Shown piece by piece: positions 46,050 through 56,600 of a stretch of 64,000 nt of DNA. The stretch covers positions 416,878-480,877 of the forward strand of contig JBOEGF010000004.1 in the NCBI GenBank assembly GCA_050633305.1. The letters run 5' to 3'. The notes beneath the pieces were generated by a model. That model had not been told where the DNA came from, did not search any database, and saw only the letters and a list, made by a program, of their open reading frames with translations. Source of the DNA: Nannocystales bacterium. Lineage in GTDB: Bacteria; Myxococcota_A; Polyangia; Nannocystales; Nannocystaceae. The position numbers and the translations under genes were made by a program. Numbering within the stretch: the stretch's first letter is position 1; each line of letters begins with the position of its first letter.

Positions 46050-46930
46050 CGGTTTGCCTCGTAGATCGTGAAGGACAGCTCGGCGCTCTCGCAGGAGGAA
46101 GGCTCGGGGCACAAGGCGCTCAAGGCGGGCTCCCCCGAGAGTCGTCGGTGCCAGGCGGCGTCTCCGATGGCGGCGGGACCCGCATCGGCCAGCGAGGCCG
46201 CCATCGCGTCGACTTGCGCCACGGTGGGCGCCTGCGAGGACACGAGGCCATACAGGACGACGGCACCCGCCTCATGATTCACGCCCAACTGCACGACCAT
46301 GGGAAGTGGCGTCCAAGTTCCAGGCTGAGCGTCGAGCGCCGCAGCATCGGCCGGGGTGGGCGCGTAGTACAAGACGTCGCCCGCCTCATCGATGCCGAAG
46401 AGGCTCAACGAACCGGCGCTTGCGGCCGGATCGACACGGTACGCAAACGAAAGGGTTTGGCTCAAAGAACAGCCGTGTTCCGCAGCCGGCTTGAGTCCGT
46501 GACGCCCCGCAGAGTCTGCCCCTTGGGGACACAGAGCGTCAATCGCCAGCCCTCGAGGGTCTCCGGCGCCTCGCGCTTGAAATCCGTCGTCCTCAGGGGG
46601 ACCGCCGGACGGGCTGACGACGACCACCAAGACCGCCGCAGCGGCAACCGCCAGCAGCGCCCCCATCCACGGGCGCCGCCACCAGGCGGCCCGAGCCTCA
46701 CCCTGCGCTTCGAGGTCGCTGACAAGCCACGCCTCGACGAGGTCGACCTCCGCCTGCGCAACCGGCGACTGCTCGAGCTCACGCATCGCCTCGAACGTCA
46801 GGTCGTAGTCCGCCCGCGCGGCCTCATTGTCCCGCAGCTCCTCGAAGAGCGCCGCCCGATCGGGTTCGGTCAGTTGGCCCGAAACCGCGTCCTCAATGCG
46901 CCGCCATACCTTGGGTCGCGTCCAGCTCAT
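46046..46930 (-). CDS. Putative membrane anti-sigma factor with periplasmic domain
   Basis: ZAS-like N-terminus without the HxxxCxxC ligands (ELRDNEAARADY), TM LLAVAAAAVLVVVV, FQARG motif; ATGA-coupled to both neighbours. Confidence 0.72.
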   Translation of the reverse strand: MSWTRPKVWRRIEDAVSGQLTEPDRAALFEELRDNEAARADYDLTFEAMRELEQSPVAQAEVDLVEAWLVSDLEAQGEARAAWWRRPWMGALLAVAAAAVLVVVVSPSGGPPEDDGFQARGAGDPRGLAIDALCPQGADSAGRHGLKPAAEHGCSLSQTLSFAYRVDPAASAGSLSLFGIDEAGDVLYYAPTPADAAALDAQPGTWTPLPMVVQLGVNHEAGAVVLYGLVSSQAPTVAQVDAMAASLADAGPAAIGDAAWHRRLSGEPALSALCPEPSSCESAELSFTIYEANR

Positions 46931-47655
46931 CCGCCCGCCATCCCCTCTTGCACAAGTTGAGTCAGGGCCAGCAGAGCGAGGAGGGCCGACTGCGAGAGCA
47001 GCCCGGACTCTCCCTGCGCCTTGAGGTATTTCACCAAGGCGGTCCGGAGCTTGACCTCTCGGGACCGCACCTTTTGTCGGCCGATGCCCAGAAGCTCCGC
47101 CGCGTCACGTTGGGATTTGCCCTCGATGAAACGCACTTCGAGCAACCGGCGAGACTGGGCATCCAAGGTCTCGAGAAACGCGCGCACGAGTTTCTGCACC
47201 TGAGCCGAGCCCACCGATTGCTCCGGCGTTGGGCCGTCGTCGCCCCAGGCGGTGACCGCGGACCGATCGTCGTCGTCGTCCGCGACCGGCGGGAATGAGA
47301 TCTCGCGCTTGCGGAACGTCCGCAACACCACGTTTCGCGCGATCGTCCTGAGGTAGGGCCCATACGGACGCAGACCGTCGTACCCCTGCCGAGCCCGGGG
47401 CTCGAACGCGCGGCGAAACGTCTCGTGCAACGCATCCTGCAGATCGAATGCGGAGGAGTACCCGACGAACCTGTGGGCACGCCCACGCGAGTCGAAGCTG
47501 AACCCAAAGCGAAGCTGCTTGGAGACCTCCTCGGCATACAGCCGGTACACGTCCCGCAGGGCGGCCGTGTCGCCCGCGCGAAAGCCTTCGAGGAGGCTCC
47601 AGGGCCACCCGTTGGGCGCCGGCTGGCTGTCTCGCGCGCTGCTCATCCCCGTCAC
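46927..47655 (-). CDS. ECF-family RNA polymerase sigma factor
   Basis: GDTAALRDVYRLY, DALHETF, YLRTIARN (sigma2); LDAQSRRLLEVRFIEGKSQRDAAELLGI (sigma4). Confidence 0.92.
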   Translation of the reverse strand: MTGMSSARDSQPAPNGWPWSLLEGFRAGDTAALRDVYRLYAEEVSKQLRFGFSFDSRGRAHRFVGYSSAFDLQDALHETFRRAFEPRARQGYDGLRPYGPYLRTIARNVVLRTFRKREISFPPVADDDDDRSAVTAWGDDGPTPEQSVGSAQVQKLVRAFLETLDAQSRRLLEVRFIEGKSQRDAAELLGIGRQKVRSREVKLRTALVKYLKAQGESGLLSQSALLALLALTQLVQEGMAGG

Positions 47656-47854
47656 GTCCGTCCTCTACCCGCAAGCGTGCCGCATGGGTTGGCCGCGCCA
47701 GAGAAAAAGTGCGCCGGGCCACGCTGCCCAGCCGCGTGCTCTGCGCCGGCGCGGCCGAATCCACCCTGGACATGCTACTGTCTCAACGTTTCGGGCCCCA
47801 CCCCAAACGCTCCGATTCGGGCACTGCGGGGCTCCCTGCCCTCCCCCTCGCCCC

Positions 47855-50800
47855 GTGCCCACCCAGCCCAATTCGGACGTCGAGCGGTGGCAGCGTGAGG
47901 CCGACATCCTGGCGGAGGGTCGCGAGGTCGTGGAGCGCATGTGCACGTCCACGCGCCTGCGCTACCTCTACCCGGAAGGACCCTCGCTCGCGGTGTTGCT
48001 CGCCGCGTACCAAGAGTTCGACCGCCGCCGCACCGTGGGGCGGGTCCACGGCGGGGCGTGGCGAACGAAACGCGCGTTTCGGGCCTTGGTGCGGCGGCAC
48101 GTTCGCGCTGATGTCCAGTCCCGGAGCCGGAGACTGACCTACGGGTATCCGCTGCCTCGGTTGCGGCGCTTGCCCCCTCCGCCGCCGGTCGTCGAGCGCG
48201 CGCTGACCAAGGTCGATCCGGACGCCCGGCTTCTGATCCAAGCCCACGTGGGCGGCGACGCAGAGCGGATGGGCATGACGCTCTCGTACGACGCCGGAAC
48301 GGCCGATGCAGGGGCGGCGTCTCGTGGGCTCCAGCAGTTCCGGGATGCACTGCTCAACGAAGCCCTGGGCGACCCCGACAGCATTCGGGGTCTGCATGTG
48401 CAGCACTTGCACATGCTGGCGTCGGCCCCCCCCACGGTCCGGCGTCATCCGATCGCGACGCTGCTGTTCGTCAAACTCCCGCTCCAGTTCCTGGTGGGAC
48501 TGTTCGCGTTGCTCGTGGTCGCGTACTTCGGCGCCTTCGTGTTCTTCAACGACGCGGTGCTGGGCTCGTTCGTCTCCTCCCGCGTGAGCGGTCTGCTCGA
48601 AGGGGACCTCGAGATGAAGAGCATTCACTGGCGTCCGCGGTTGATCGTCGATCTGATCACGGGGACCCCTTCGCCCGTCGAGGTCGACGACATCACGGTC
48701 TGGAGCCCGTACAAGCGCACCGGCCACGGGCGCGAGCACCGTAGCGCACACGCGGAACGACTCGAGGTCCGTCTGGTCCTCGGCGAGGTCATTCCATGGA
48801 CGCGGCTGGGCATCCCGGCGTTCCTCGACATTCCGTGGGTCCTGCACTTCACCGAGGTGAAGAGCGTGGGCTCGATATGGTTCGACATCCGCGAAGCACC
48901 CGACACGCTCGCCGACGGCAGCAACGTCAACTACCTGAGCCTCATCGACGCGTTCCGGGCCCTGGATCAAACACCGAAGGACCATCGACCGCTTTCGTTC
49001 GCGGTCGACTCGGCGGAGCTCTCCGACCTCACAGTCGACGTAGACTCGATGGAGATCGGGCAGTGGCGCGCCGCCGCCAAGCTCGATGAGGCGCACTTCG
49101 ACCTCATGTTCGAGGCACCCGACCCGGTCCTCGAGGGGCCTGTGGAACTTCCGTTCTCGTTCTCCCTGTCGGGCTCCGGGCCCCACGGCGTCCTCGACAT
49201 CATCGGCATCGAGTTCCCACTGACCGACCTCGAGATTCACGGTGTGGAATCCGGGAGCGACAAGGTCCGCTTTGGCGACGTGAGCTACCGACTCGACACC
49301 CGGGCCGCCGGGTCCAAGATGTCGATTCACGGGAGCCTTCGCGACGCCTTCGCGCGGCTCAAGACCGAAGGCCCCGAGCCCCCGCCTCGCGTCAATCTGA
49401 CGGCGGAGTCCAAGGACGCCGACCGCGTGATCGGGCACGTCGTCGCGGGGCTGGACCTGCCGCCGGCAACAGCGGTCGGAAACGACGCTCCGGTCACCGC
49501 CACGGTCACCGGGTTGCTCTCTGATCCGGTCTACTCGCTGTCGACGAGCAACCTCAGCCTGGACCTCATGGAAGAGGCAGCCTGGGTCGCCGACGACGTC
49601 ACCGTCGCGCTGACCATGGCGACCGCAGAGGTCCCTGGGATGTGGAGCGAGCGGTTCGACCCGGGAGAGAGTCGCAGCATCGTCGTCTTCGACGAACTCC
49701 ACGGGGTCGCTCTCGATGGTGCATTCGAGTTGGCGCAGCGGGACCCGGCCGACCCCAGCTTCCCTGATCCAGCGTCGCGAGAACCGCACGTGGTCATGCC
49801 GTTCTTCGACGAAGACGGCTACCTCATCTCGATCCCCCTGCGGATTACCGGCCTCAACCCTGCACAGCTGGTCCCCAGCGACCCCAGCCTCGCGCCCACG
49901 CTGGCCGGGGTCGCCACCGGGGTCGTCGACATGCAACAGCTGGTCTTCGGGCCCGACCCGGCCGCGGCCCACCTGGCCGAAGCGCCGACCATGCTAGACC
50001 GCATCATCGTCCGGATGGACGACGTCCGCGTCCGACGTGACCGCGGGCCCACACAAGATGGGCTACCGCGAGACCTCTCGCTCGAGGGAACGCTGAATCT
50101 GGGCGGAGACGATGTCCTGACGCTCGACCCCCTCACCGTCCGCGCTCCTGGCACTGTGCTCCTGGCCGACGGGAACCTCGACATCGACCTGCCCCGGCTC
50201 AACACGCTCGCCTTCGACCTTCGCATCGACGACGGCGACGCCTTCGCCCGCGCGTTCAACCTCCCCTCGTACTTCGACCGCCTCCGCGCTCGAACCGTGG
50301 CCCGAGGGCCAACAAAGGCTCCGTCCGCCAGCGGAGGGCGCCTGACCGTCCTGGGACTGCTCAACCCCGGCACGACCACCGAGGCCTCGTTCACCATGGA
50401 CGAGGGCAAGCTCAAGCTCAAGGTCGACACCACCGACGCCAAGCTCTTCGGCGGCCAAGGGCGGGTATCCGCCGAGGTCGGCGTTTTCGAGGGAGGCTCG
50501 ATCTCCACCAACCCGCGGATCAAGGCGACGGGATCCCTGCGCGGCGTCGACCTCGCGGAACTCTCCAACGGGGTCCTCAGCGGTCGGGCCGCCATCGAGT
50601 TCGAGGTCGGGGACGGACAGGGCGGCGCCGCACGCCTCGACCAGCTCCGGGTCAGCGGCGAAGCGACTGCCGATGCTGTCTCGTTTGGCGGAACGACGTA
50701 CCGCAACGCCACCGTTGCCTTCGACCTCGACACCGACGAGGTCGCGATCAAGCGACTCACCCTACCGATTCACCGGCCGATCAGCCCCCACTTCGCCGCA

Positions 50801-53644
50801 GATGTCACGGTCCCTGTCGGCGAGATCGTCATCGACGGGACGCTCTCGCTCGAGGACGACCCCGCCGTCGACCTCGATGTGGACGCAAGCAACGTGCCGA
50901 TGGCCACCGTCGCGCGACTGCTCGAGGCCGACCTCGGCGTCTACGGGCAACTGGCCAGCACCCAGCTCAAGGTCGGCGGAACCCTCTCCAAGCCTCGCGT
51001 AGACGGCCAGATGGCATTCGCCGGGCTGTCGACATCGGGCATCGCCCTCGGTGCGGGCACACTCGACATTCACAGCGAGGACTACCCCGCGACCGGCCCG
51101 CTCTCCGGACACCGCGAGGTCCGGGTTCATGGAGAACTGCAGCACGAGGACGACGTGGGCTCGTTTCTGTGGACCGTTGATTCGGTCGTTGCGATCGGAT
51201 CCGCAAGACCCGGCGCGTCTGTTCCGGTCGAGGCCCAGGTCGACGTCGAGTTCGACCGCGTCACGCTCGCCACGCTCTTGCGCGATCCCGTGGACCCCAG
51301 CCGAAGTCCGCCGATCGAAGGCGAGCTCGAGGAGGTCTCCGCCCACCTGCTGACCTGCGCCCGCGACACGACCATGCTCAGCGACTGCATCGGCGTGAGC
51401 CCCGGTGAGGACCAGGATCTCGCTGTTTCGATCGCATTCGCGGTGCAATCCGCCTGGATGCGCAGCGCGACCGAGCCCTTGCCACCGGGGACCGCTCCAT
51501 GCAGCAGCCCGTCAACGTTGTGCACCGAAGGGGCCCTCGCCGCCGCCATCGAATGGCCCGTCATCCACATCGAAGACAACTGGCGGGTCCGAACGGGGGG
51601 GTCGAAAGGGGCGGCGCTCCAGCTCTCGGGTGCCTTCGATCTCTCTGACCCCGAGCCGCCCGCCCCGGCCGATGGCGAGCCCGTCTGCGAGCCTCCACGT
51701 CTCACCGGGGCGTCCCTTCCCGCCGCTCCGCCTGGCGGCGATGCGCGAGCGGAGATCAAGGGGACGCTCGACCTCGCCCCGCTGGCGGCCCTCGCCAAGC
51801 CCTACGGCGTCGATGAGCTGGAAGGACGCCTCCAGTTGGAGGTCGCGGTCTCCGGCTCCCTCGCCAAGCCCCACATCGAAGGCCGAGCGTCGTTGGCATC
51901 CACGCCCAGCGGCGCCGACACCCCGTTGCAGGTCGCGTTGCAGCCCTTGGCTGCGGACATCTCGTTTCCGGACCTGCGGCTCGAGGTCCGTGATGGGTGG
52001 CTGGTCGCCGACGGGCAGGCTTCGATCCAAGGAGGAGACATCCAGTTCGGCTCGATCACGGGCGACAACACCGGCTACGCATTGGACGGACCCTGTGCGG
52101 GCACCTATGCCGTCGGCGCCGCGGGGCGGATCAGCGCGAACCTGGTCTCGGACCTCGTGGGGCCACCGATCGTTGGCGGTCCCGGTGGTGTCGACCTCAA
52201 TCGGCTGAAGGTCGTCGGCACGGTGGCCGGAGACCCGATGCCCGACGTCCTGGAGGCCGACCTGGCGTTCACCCGCACCGCCCTCGCGATGGAGTTCTCC
52301 GAAGGTGTGACATCAGCCCGCTTCGACCGCGGCCAGATCAACGTGCACCGCTGTGCGGACGACTGTGCGTTCGGGGGCCGGGGTTGGTACCGCATCAACA
52401 TCGGGGGGACTGCAGAGGCCGCCGCGGGGCAGACCCAGCCCGCCACAGCGATCCGACTGTCCGCCGGAACCCGCGGTCGCGCGTGGGCGTGGGGCCGCGC
52501 CTACCTCGGTCCTGCGTTCGAGCGCTCCGCCGGCGTCGACCTTCAACTCCGGCTCGATGCGGTCCCCTATCGCTCCTACGACACGTCGGGCCGTCCGGTC
52601 TACGAGGTCGAGGTGCAGAGCGACGATCTCGTCCTCGAGGGGGGCACGCCGCTCGTCGTCACGGGCAGCGCCGAGGTCGACCGTGCGCGCTACGTGAAGG
52701 ACGCGGTTCAGGGCGTCGAGATTCTCGCGTTCACGGACGACTCCCCCGAGATCCAAGAAGCCCCGCCCGAGCTTCTCCAGGGAATGACGTTCGATGTCCG
52801 GGTGGAGACCGACCGCCCGTTTCGCATCGAGAACAACGTCGCGTCCGGTCTCCAAGCCGATGCCGTGGTGCAGGTGACCGGCACCTATGAAGCCCCCGAG
52901 TTCACGGGACGTCTCGACTTCGAACCCGGTGGGACGGTCGACATCCCGTTCCTCACCGGGACCTACGAGATTCAGCGAGGCCGCGTCACACTGCTGCGCG
53001 AACTCGAAGACGCCGAAGTGGACGTGCTCGCGCTTCGCAACGAGCCGATCTACATCGAGGACCAGCCCCGGAGCGTCATGCTCTCGCTCGGCGGAACGCT
53101 GTCGGCGATCCGCTGGAGCTGCATCACCGACGGGGGAGGCAGCGAGCTCGACACCGTCCGAGGGTGTACCGAGTACCTCGTCTTGGGCGCCGGGGACGTC
53201 CAGCTCAGCCAAAGCGACGTTCAACAGTTCGGTGCGGGGGGACTGGCCGGAGTCCGGAAGCCGCTTCAAGTCGTTGGGCACCTCACCGAGTTTGATGTCG
53301 GCGAGCGTGCTGGGGAGGCAGCACCCCGGCTCGATCCCTACGTGCCGGACATTCGCCTCCGCCTAGGCCAGATCGGGCCCGAACTGGAGATCGCCACCCC
53401 CGCCGAGTGGTTGGACTTCGACTACGGGCAGGCCACCTTTGGCTGGGATTACACCCGCGGCTATCCCGGGTTCCTCCTCCGTCAGAGCCGAGAGTCCTCG
53501 TTCAAGCTCGAGATCCTCGACCCGATTACGATCGAGTACAGCCGCCGCCAGCGCTCCTACCTCAACGAGCGCGTGATCTTCGACCCGCTCGAACAGCGCT
53601 CGATCGAGCTTCGGTTCGACTTCGACATTCCCAGCCTGCGCTGA
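47855..53644 (+). CDS. tamB: TamB/AsmA-like envelope-spanning protein with an unusual ~200-aa cytoplasmic N-terminal domain
   Basis: TM near 48450-48550, long beta-rich repeats, motifs VGGTLSKPRVDG, VSGSLAKPHIEG, FRIENN, VTGTYEAPEFTG; coupled to an Omp85 gene; start GTG 47855 is inferred. Confidence 0.8.
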   Translation: MPTQPNSDVERWQREADILAEGREVVERMCTSTRLRYLYPEGPSLAVLLAAYQEFDRRRTVGRVHGGAWRTKRAFRALVRRHVRADVQSRSRRLTYGYPLPRLRRLPPPPPVVERALTKVDPDARLLIQAHVGGDAERMGMTLSYDAGTADAGAASRGLQQFRDALLNEALGDPDSIRGLHVQHLHMLASAPPTVRRHPIATLLFVKLPLQFLVGLFALLVVAYFGAFVFFNDAVLGSFVSSRVSGLLEGDLEMKSIHWRPRLIVDLITGTPSPVEVDDITVWSPYKRTGHGREHRSAHAERLEVRLVLGEVIPWTRLGIPAFLDIPWVLHFTEVKSVGSIWFDIREAPDTLADGSNVNYLSLIDAFRALDQTPKDHRPLSFAVDSAELSDLTVDVDSMEIGQWRAAAKLDEAHFDLMFEAPDPVLEGPVELPFSFSLSGSGPHGVLDIIGIEFPLTDLEIHGVESGSDKVRFGDVSYRLDTRAAGSKMSIHGSLRDAFARLKTEGPEPPPRVNLTAESKDADRVIGHVVAGLDLPPATAVGNDAPVTATVTGLLSDPVYSLSTSNLSLDLMEEAAWVADDVTVALTMATAEVPGMWSERFDPGESRSIVVFDELHGVALDGAFELAQRDPADPSFPDPASREPHVVMPFFDEDGYLISIPLRITGLNPAQLVPSDPSLAPTLAGVATGVVDMQQLVFGPDPAAAHLAEAPTMLDRIIVRMDDVRVRRDRGPTQDGLPRDLSLEGTLNLGGDDVLTLDPLTVRAPGTVLLADGNLDIDLPRLNTLAFDLRIDDGDAFARAFNLPSYFDRLRARTVARGPTKAPSASGGRLTVLGLLNPGTTTEASFTMDEGKLKLKVDTTDAKLFGGQGRVSAEVGVFEGGSISTNPRIKATGSLRGVDLAELSNGVLSGRAAIEFEVGDGQGGAARLDQLRVSGEATADAVSFGGTTYRNATVAFDLDTDEVAIKRLTLPIHRPISPHFAADVTVPVGEIVIDGTLSLEDDPAVDLDVDASNVPMATVARLLEADLGVYGQLASTQLKVGGTLSKPRVDGQMAFAGLSTSGIALGAGTLDIHSEDYPATGPLSGHREVRVHGELQHEDDVGSFLWTVDSVVAIGSARPGASVPVEAQVDVEFDRVTLATLLRDPVDPSRSPPIEGELEEVSAHLLTCARDTTMLSDCIGVSPGEDQDLAVSIAFAVQSAWMRSATEPLPPGTAPCSSPSTLCTEGALAAAIEWPVIHIEDNWRVRTGGSKGAALQLSGAFDLSDPEPPAPADGEPVCEPPRLTGASLPAAPPGGDARAEIKGTLDLAPLAALAKPYGVDELEGRLQLEVAVSGSLAKPHIEGRASLASTPSGADTPLQVALQPLAADISFPDLRLEVRDGWLVADGQASIQGGDIQFGSITGDNTGYALDGPCAGTYAVGAAGRISANLVSDLVGPPIVGGPGGVDLNRLKVVGTVAGDPMPDVLEADLAFTRTALAMEFSEGVTSARFDRGQINVHRCADDCAFGGRGWYRINIGGTAEAAAGQTQPATAIRLSAGTRGRAWAWGRAYLGPAFERSAGVDLQLRLDAVPYRSYDTSGRPVYEVEVQSDDLVLEGGTPLVVTGSAEVDRARYVKDAVQGVEILAFTDDSPEIQEAPPELLQGMTFDVRVETDRPFRIENNVASGLQADAVVQVTGTYEAPEFTGRLDFEPGGTVDIPFLTGTYEIQRGRVTLLRELEDAEVDVLALRNEPIYIEDQPRSVMLSLGGTLSAIRWSCITDGGGSELDTVRGCTEYLVLGAGDVQLSQSDVQQFGAGGLAGVRKPLQVVGHLTEFDVGERAGEAAPRLDPYVPDIRLRLGQIGPELEIATPAEWLDFDYGQATFGWDYTRGYPGFLLRQSRESSFKLEILDPITIEYSRRQRSYLNERVIFDPLEQRSIELRFDFDIPSLR

Positions 53645-56600
53645 TGCGCCTGCCGTTGGTACAACCGGGCTGCCCCGTGCTCGCCTCGATCCGAGAGCTG
53701 CTTCGCACATGCCCGACTGGCCCGTTGGGTTGGCTGTTGGCCGTGTGCCTGCTCAGCGGACCCGCCGCGGCGCAGCCAACAACCGAAGGACCCGCGCCAT
53801 CGCGCGAATCAGGCGTGCCGCCCGAGGCTCCCGGGGATGCCGACGCTGGCGCGCCAGCGTCTCCCCCCGCGGACCCGGACCGTCCCGCTACGGACGACCC
53901 GCCTGGCCCACCCGCGGACGGCTCCACAGACCCGGGTTCGACGCCGGCAGAGGAGGCCGAAGGTCGTTCGATCACCGCCCCCGATCCGGATGCCGACAGC
54001 GGCGCCGAACAGACCTCCCCGGCCGCCCCGAATCCCGCCGAGCCCGATGCTGCAGCGGACGGACCCGCGGAGGTGGACCTCGCCGATCCGATGGGCCCCG
54101 TCGAGGCCGCGTTGGATGGGCTCGCCGCACAGGGGCTCGCGATCACGGGCCGACGCCGGACGGTCAGCGCGCTCCAGGGCGAGGTCCTCACCGCGACGAT
54201 CTCCGGGCCGGAGTCGGAGCTGATGCTCTACGTATTCTCGCAGGTCGCCGACGACGGGTATCAGTTCCTGCTCGCGCCGGTCGGGCCCCAGTCCTACGAG
54301 CTTGTCGTCCTTCGGGCCCGGGCTGGCCAAGGGCGCGGTGTCGATTTCGTCAACGTCGACGACGTCCAGATCGACGGCACGTTTCGCGGAGACGAAGACA
54401 GCGAGGAACTGAGGAAGTTCACCGCCTTGCCTCCCGGTGGCGTGGTGCCCGTCGAGGTCACCGACGAGCTGTCCACCATCGGATACGAAGCCTCGATCAG
54501 CGCCATGTCGGCCGGCGGACTCCGGATTTTGGTCCGCCCAGGACGCGCGCTTCGACGGGTCCGAGTCCGTGGCCATGTCCCGCTGTCCGAACGCAACGTC
54601 CGCCGGGTGCTCAGTCCCGCCGCGCGACCGGGCTCGCTTGCCCGAGGCGAGTGTGTCGACCCCCGTACGCTTCGCAAAGCCCGGCCCGAGAGCGTGTGCC
54701 AGTCCGATGACCTCGCCTGCCGGCAGTGGGAACGAGACGAAGTCGACCGCCTTCACCGGTTCTTGTTCGACAACGGGTACCTCGAGGGACGGGCATCGCT
54801 GGGCTTGTCATGCGGACGCGACGGCGAAGCCGACCTCCACGTCTACGTCGACAAGGGTCGAGCGTTCCGAGTCCGCAAGCCCAAGATCGAAGGCAACATC
54901 CAGACGCGCGATCAGGCGTGGATTCGCAGGATGTTCCGCTCGACCGTGAGTCCGTTCATCCCGATCGGCAAGCGGATTACTCGCAAGGACATCGAAGAGG
55001 CCACCGAGCGGGTCGCGTCGGAGTACTCCTTGCCCCGCAACCGCGCTCGGTCCACCGCACGCCGACAGCTTCAGCTGCCCTACCCTGGGGTCCGGGTCGA
55101 GACCAACTTCGAGCGCCTTTCGCGAGAGGACCTTCCCGAACGCGGGCGGACCCTCCCGCTCGAGGTTGACGTCCAGCTGGGCAACGGGGTGCGGGTTGGG
55201 TTCATCGGCAACGAGCACGTCGCCGAGTCTCGGCTGCTCGACCAAATGCAGATGTTCAAGCGCCGCGAGCCGGCCTCATCCGCGGCCGCCGCCCGCGAAG
55301 CCGAGAACATCCGGCGCTACTACCAGCGTCGCGGCTACATGTTCGCGGATGTCGAGGCGGTGTTTGGCGACTCCGGCACCCTCAAGACCATCACCTTCCA
55401 GATCACCGAGGGGCCGCGGACCTCGATCCGGGAGGTCGGCTTCGAACTGCCTCAAACCGTGCCACGACCGGTTCGCCGCGCCATCGACCGGGCCTACCGA
55501 CAGGACCGTGAGCTCGGCGATGGAGACCGATTCAGCGATGCCGCTGCGCGCTCGGACCTCGCCACCGTCCTCGAGGCTTTGGCGGACCGCGGGTACCTGT
55601 GCGCTCGGGCCCAGTTTCGCATCACCCCGCTGCCCGATGGCTTCGAACGCGAGGGCTACAACGCCACCATCGACCCGCTGACGGAGCTCGAGAACGCGGG
55701 GCACCCCACGTGGATCGTCCGGCAGCTCGACGCGAGCGGGCTCGAGGCGCTGAAGGCGGAGCGTCGCGTGGGCGTCTACGTTCGCCTCGAGGTCGACCCG
55801 GGGCCGCGCGTCCTCACCTCCGGCCGAGAAGAGGTCCACAACCTCGAGCTGCCGATCCCGCCCAGCCGCGAGGTGGACTCGATCCCCGAGGCCTCCGAGG
55901 GAGCGTGGGGACCCGCGCGCTTGCTTCGCGATGGACCATTGCGACGCCGAGGCGACGAGCGCTCGGGCGGTATCCCGATGCGACTGGACTTCGAACGGGA
56001 CGTCGAACGGGACATCACGTCCCGACTTCGCGGGAGCGGCTATCCCCTCGCCGACGCCGAGGTTCGCTGGAGCTACACCGACCCGGCCGGGGTTCCACAC
56101 TCGGTGACCCAAGCCGACCGCCTGACGTCCAACTCGGTGGGCATGTGCAGTCAGCACGCCGACGACCCGCTGGTCACAATCGACACGGATCTCTACGTGC
56201 ATGAAGGGCGCAAGGCGACCTTCGGGACGACCCTCATTCGCGGAAACTTCAAGACCCGTCGGTACTTGTTGCGACGCGAGATCAACACCACGCGCAAGCG
56301 GCCCGGCGGCGACGGAAAGTGGAAAGAAGGAGACACCTACGATGCGCGACGTGTCGACAACGTCCGCAAGCATATCGAAGGCACGGGTACCGTTTCGACC
56401 GCGCAGATTCGGGAGCAACCCACCGACTGCAAGTTCACCGACGACCCCGAGCGCCCATGCGTGGTTCACCACGTCGTCACGGTCCAGGAGGCCAAGGACC
56501 GACTCATGGACATCTCGTGGGGGTTCGGCGGGGCCACGCTCGACCCGACGTATGTTTTCCTAGCCCCTGGGTTCCCCAATATCTTCGGAACGGGCTGGGA

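Noticed and set aside
47670..47700. Possible sigma-54 promoter (GGCACGCTTGC, minus strand) upstream of the ECF gene
   Set aside because: GG-to-GC spacing is 7, not the required 10
47519..47854. Further N-terminal extension of the TamB ORF
   Set aside because: It overlaps the ECF sigma gene antisense and the intergenic region; Arg/Pro-rich non-coding character
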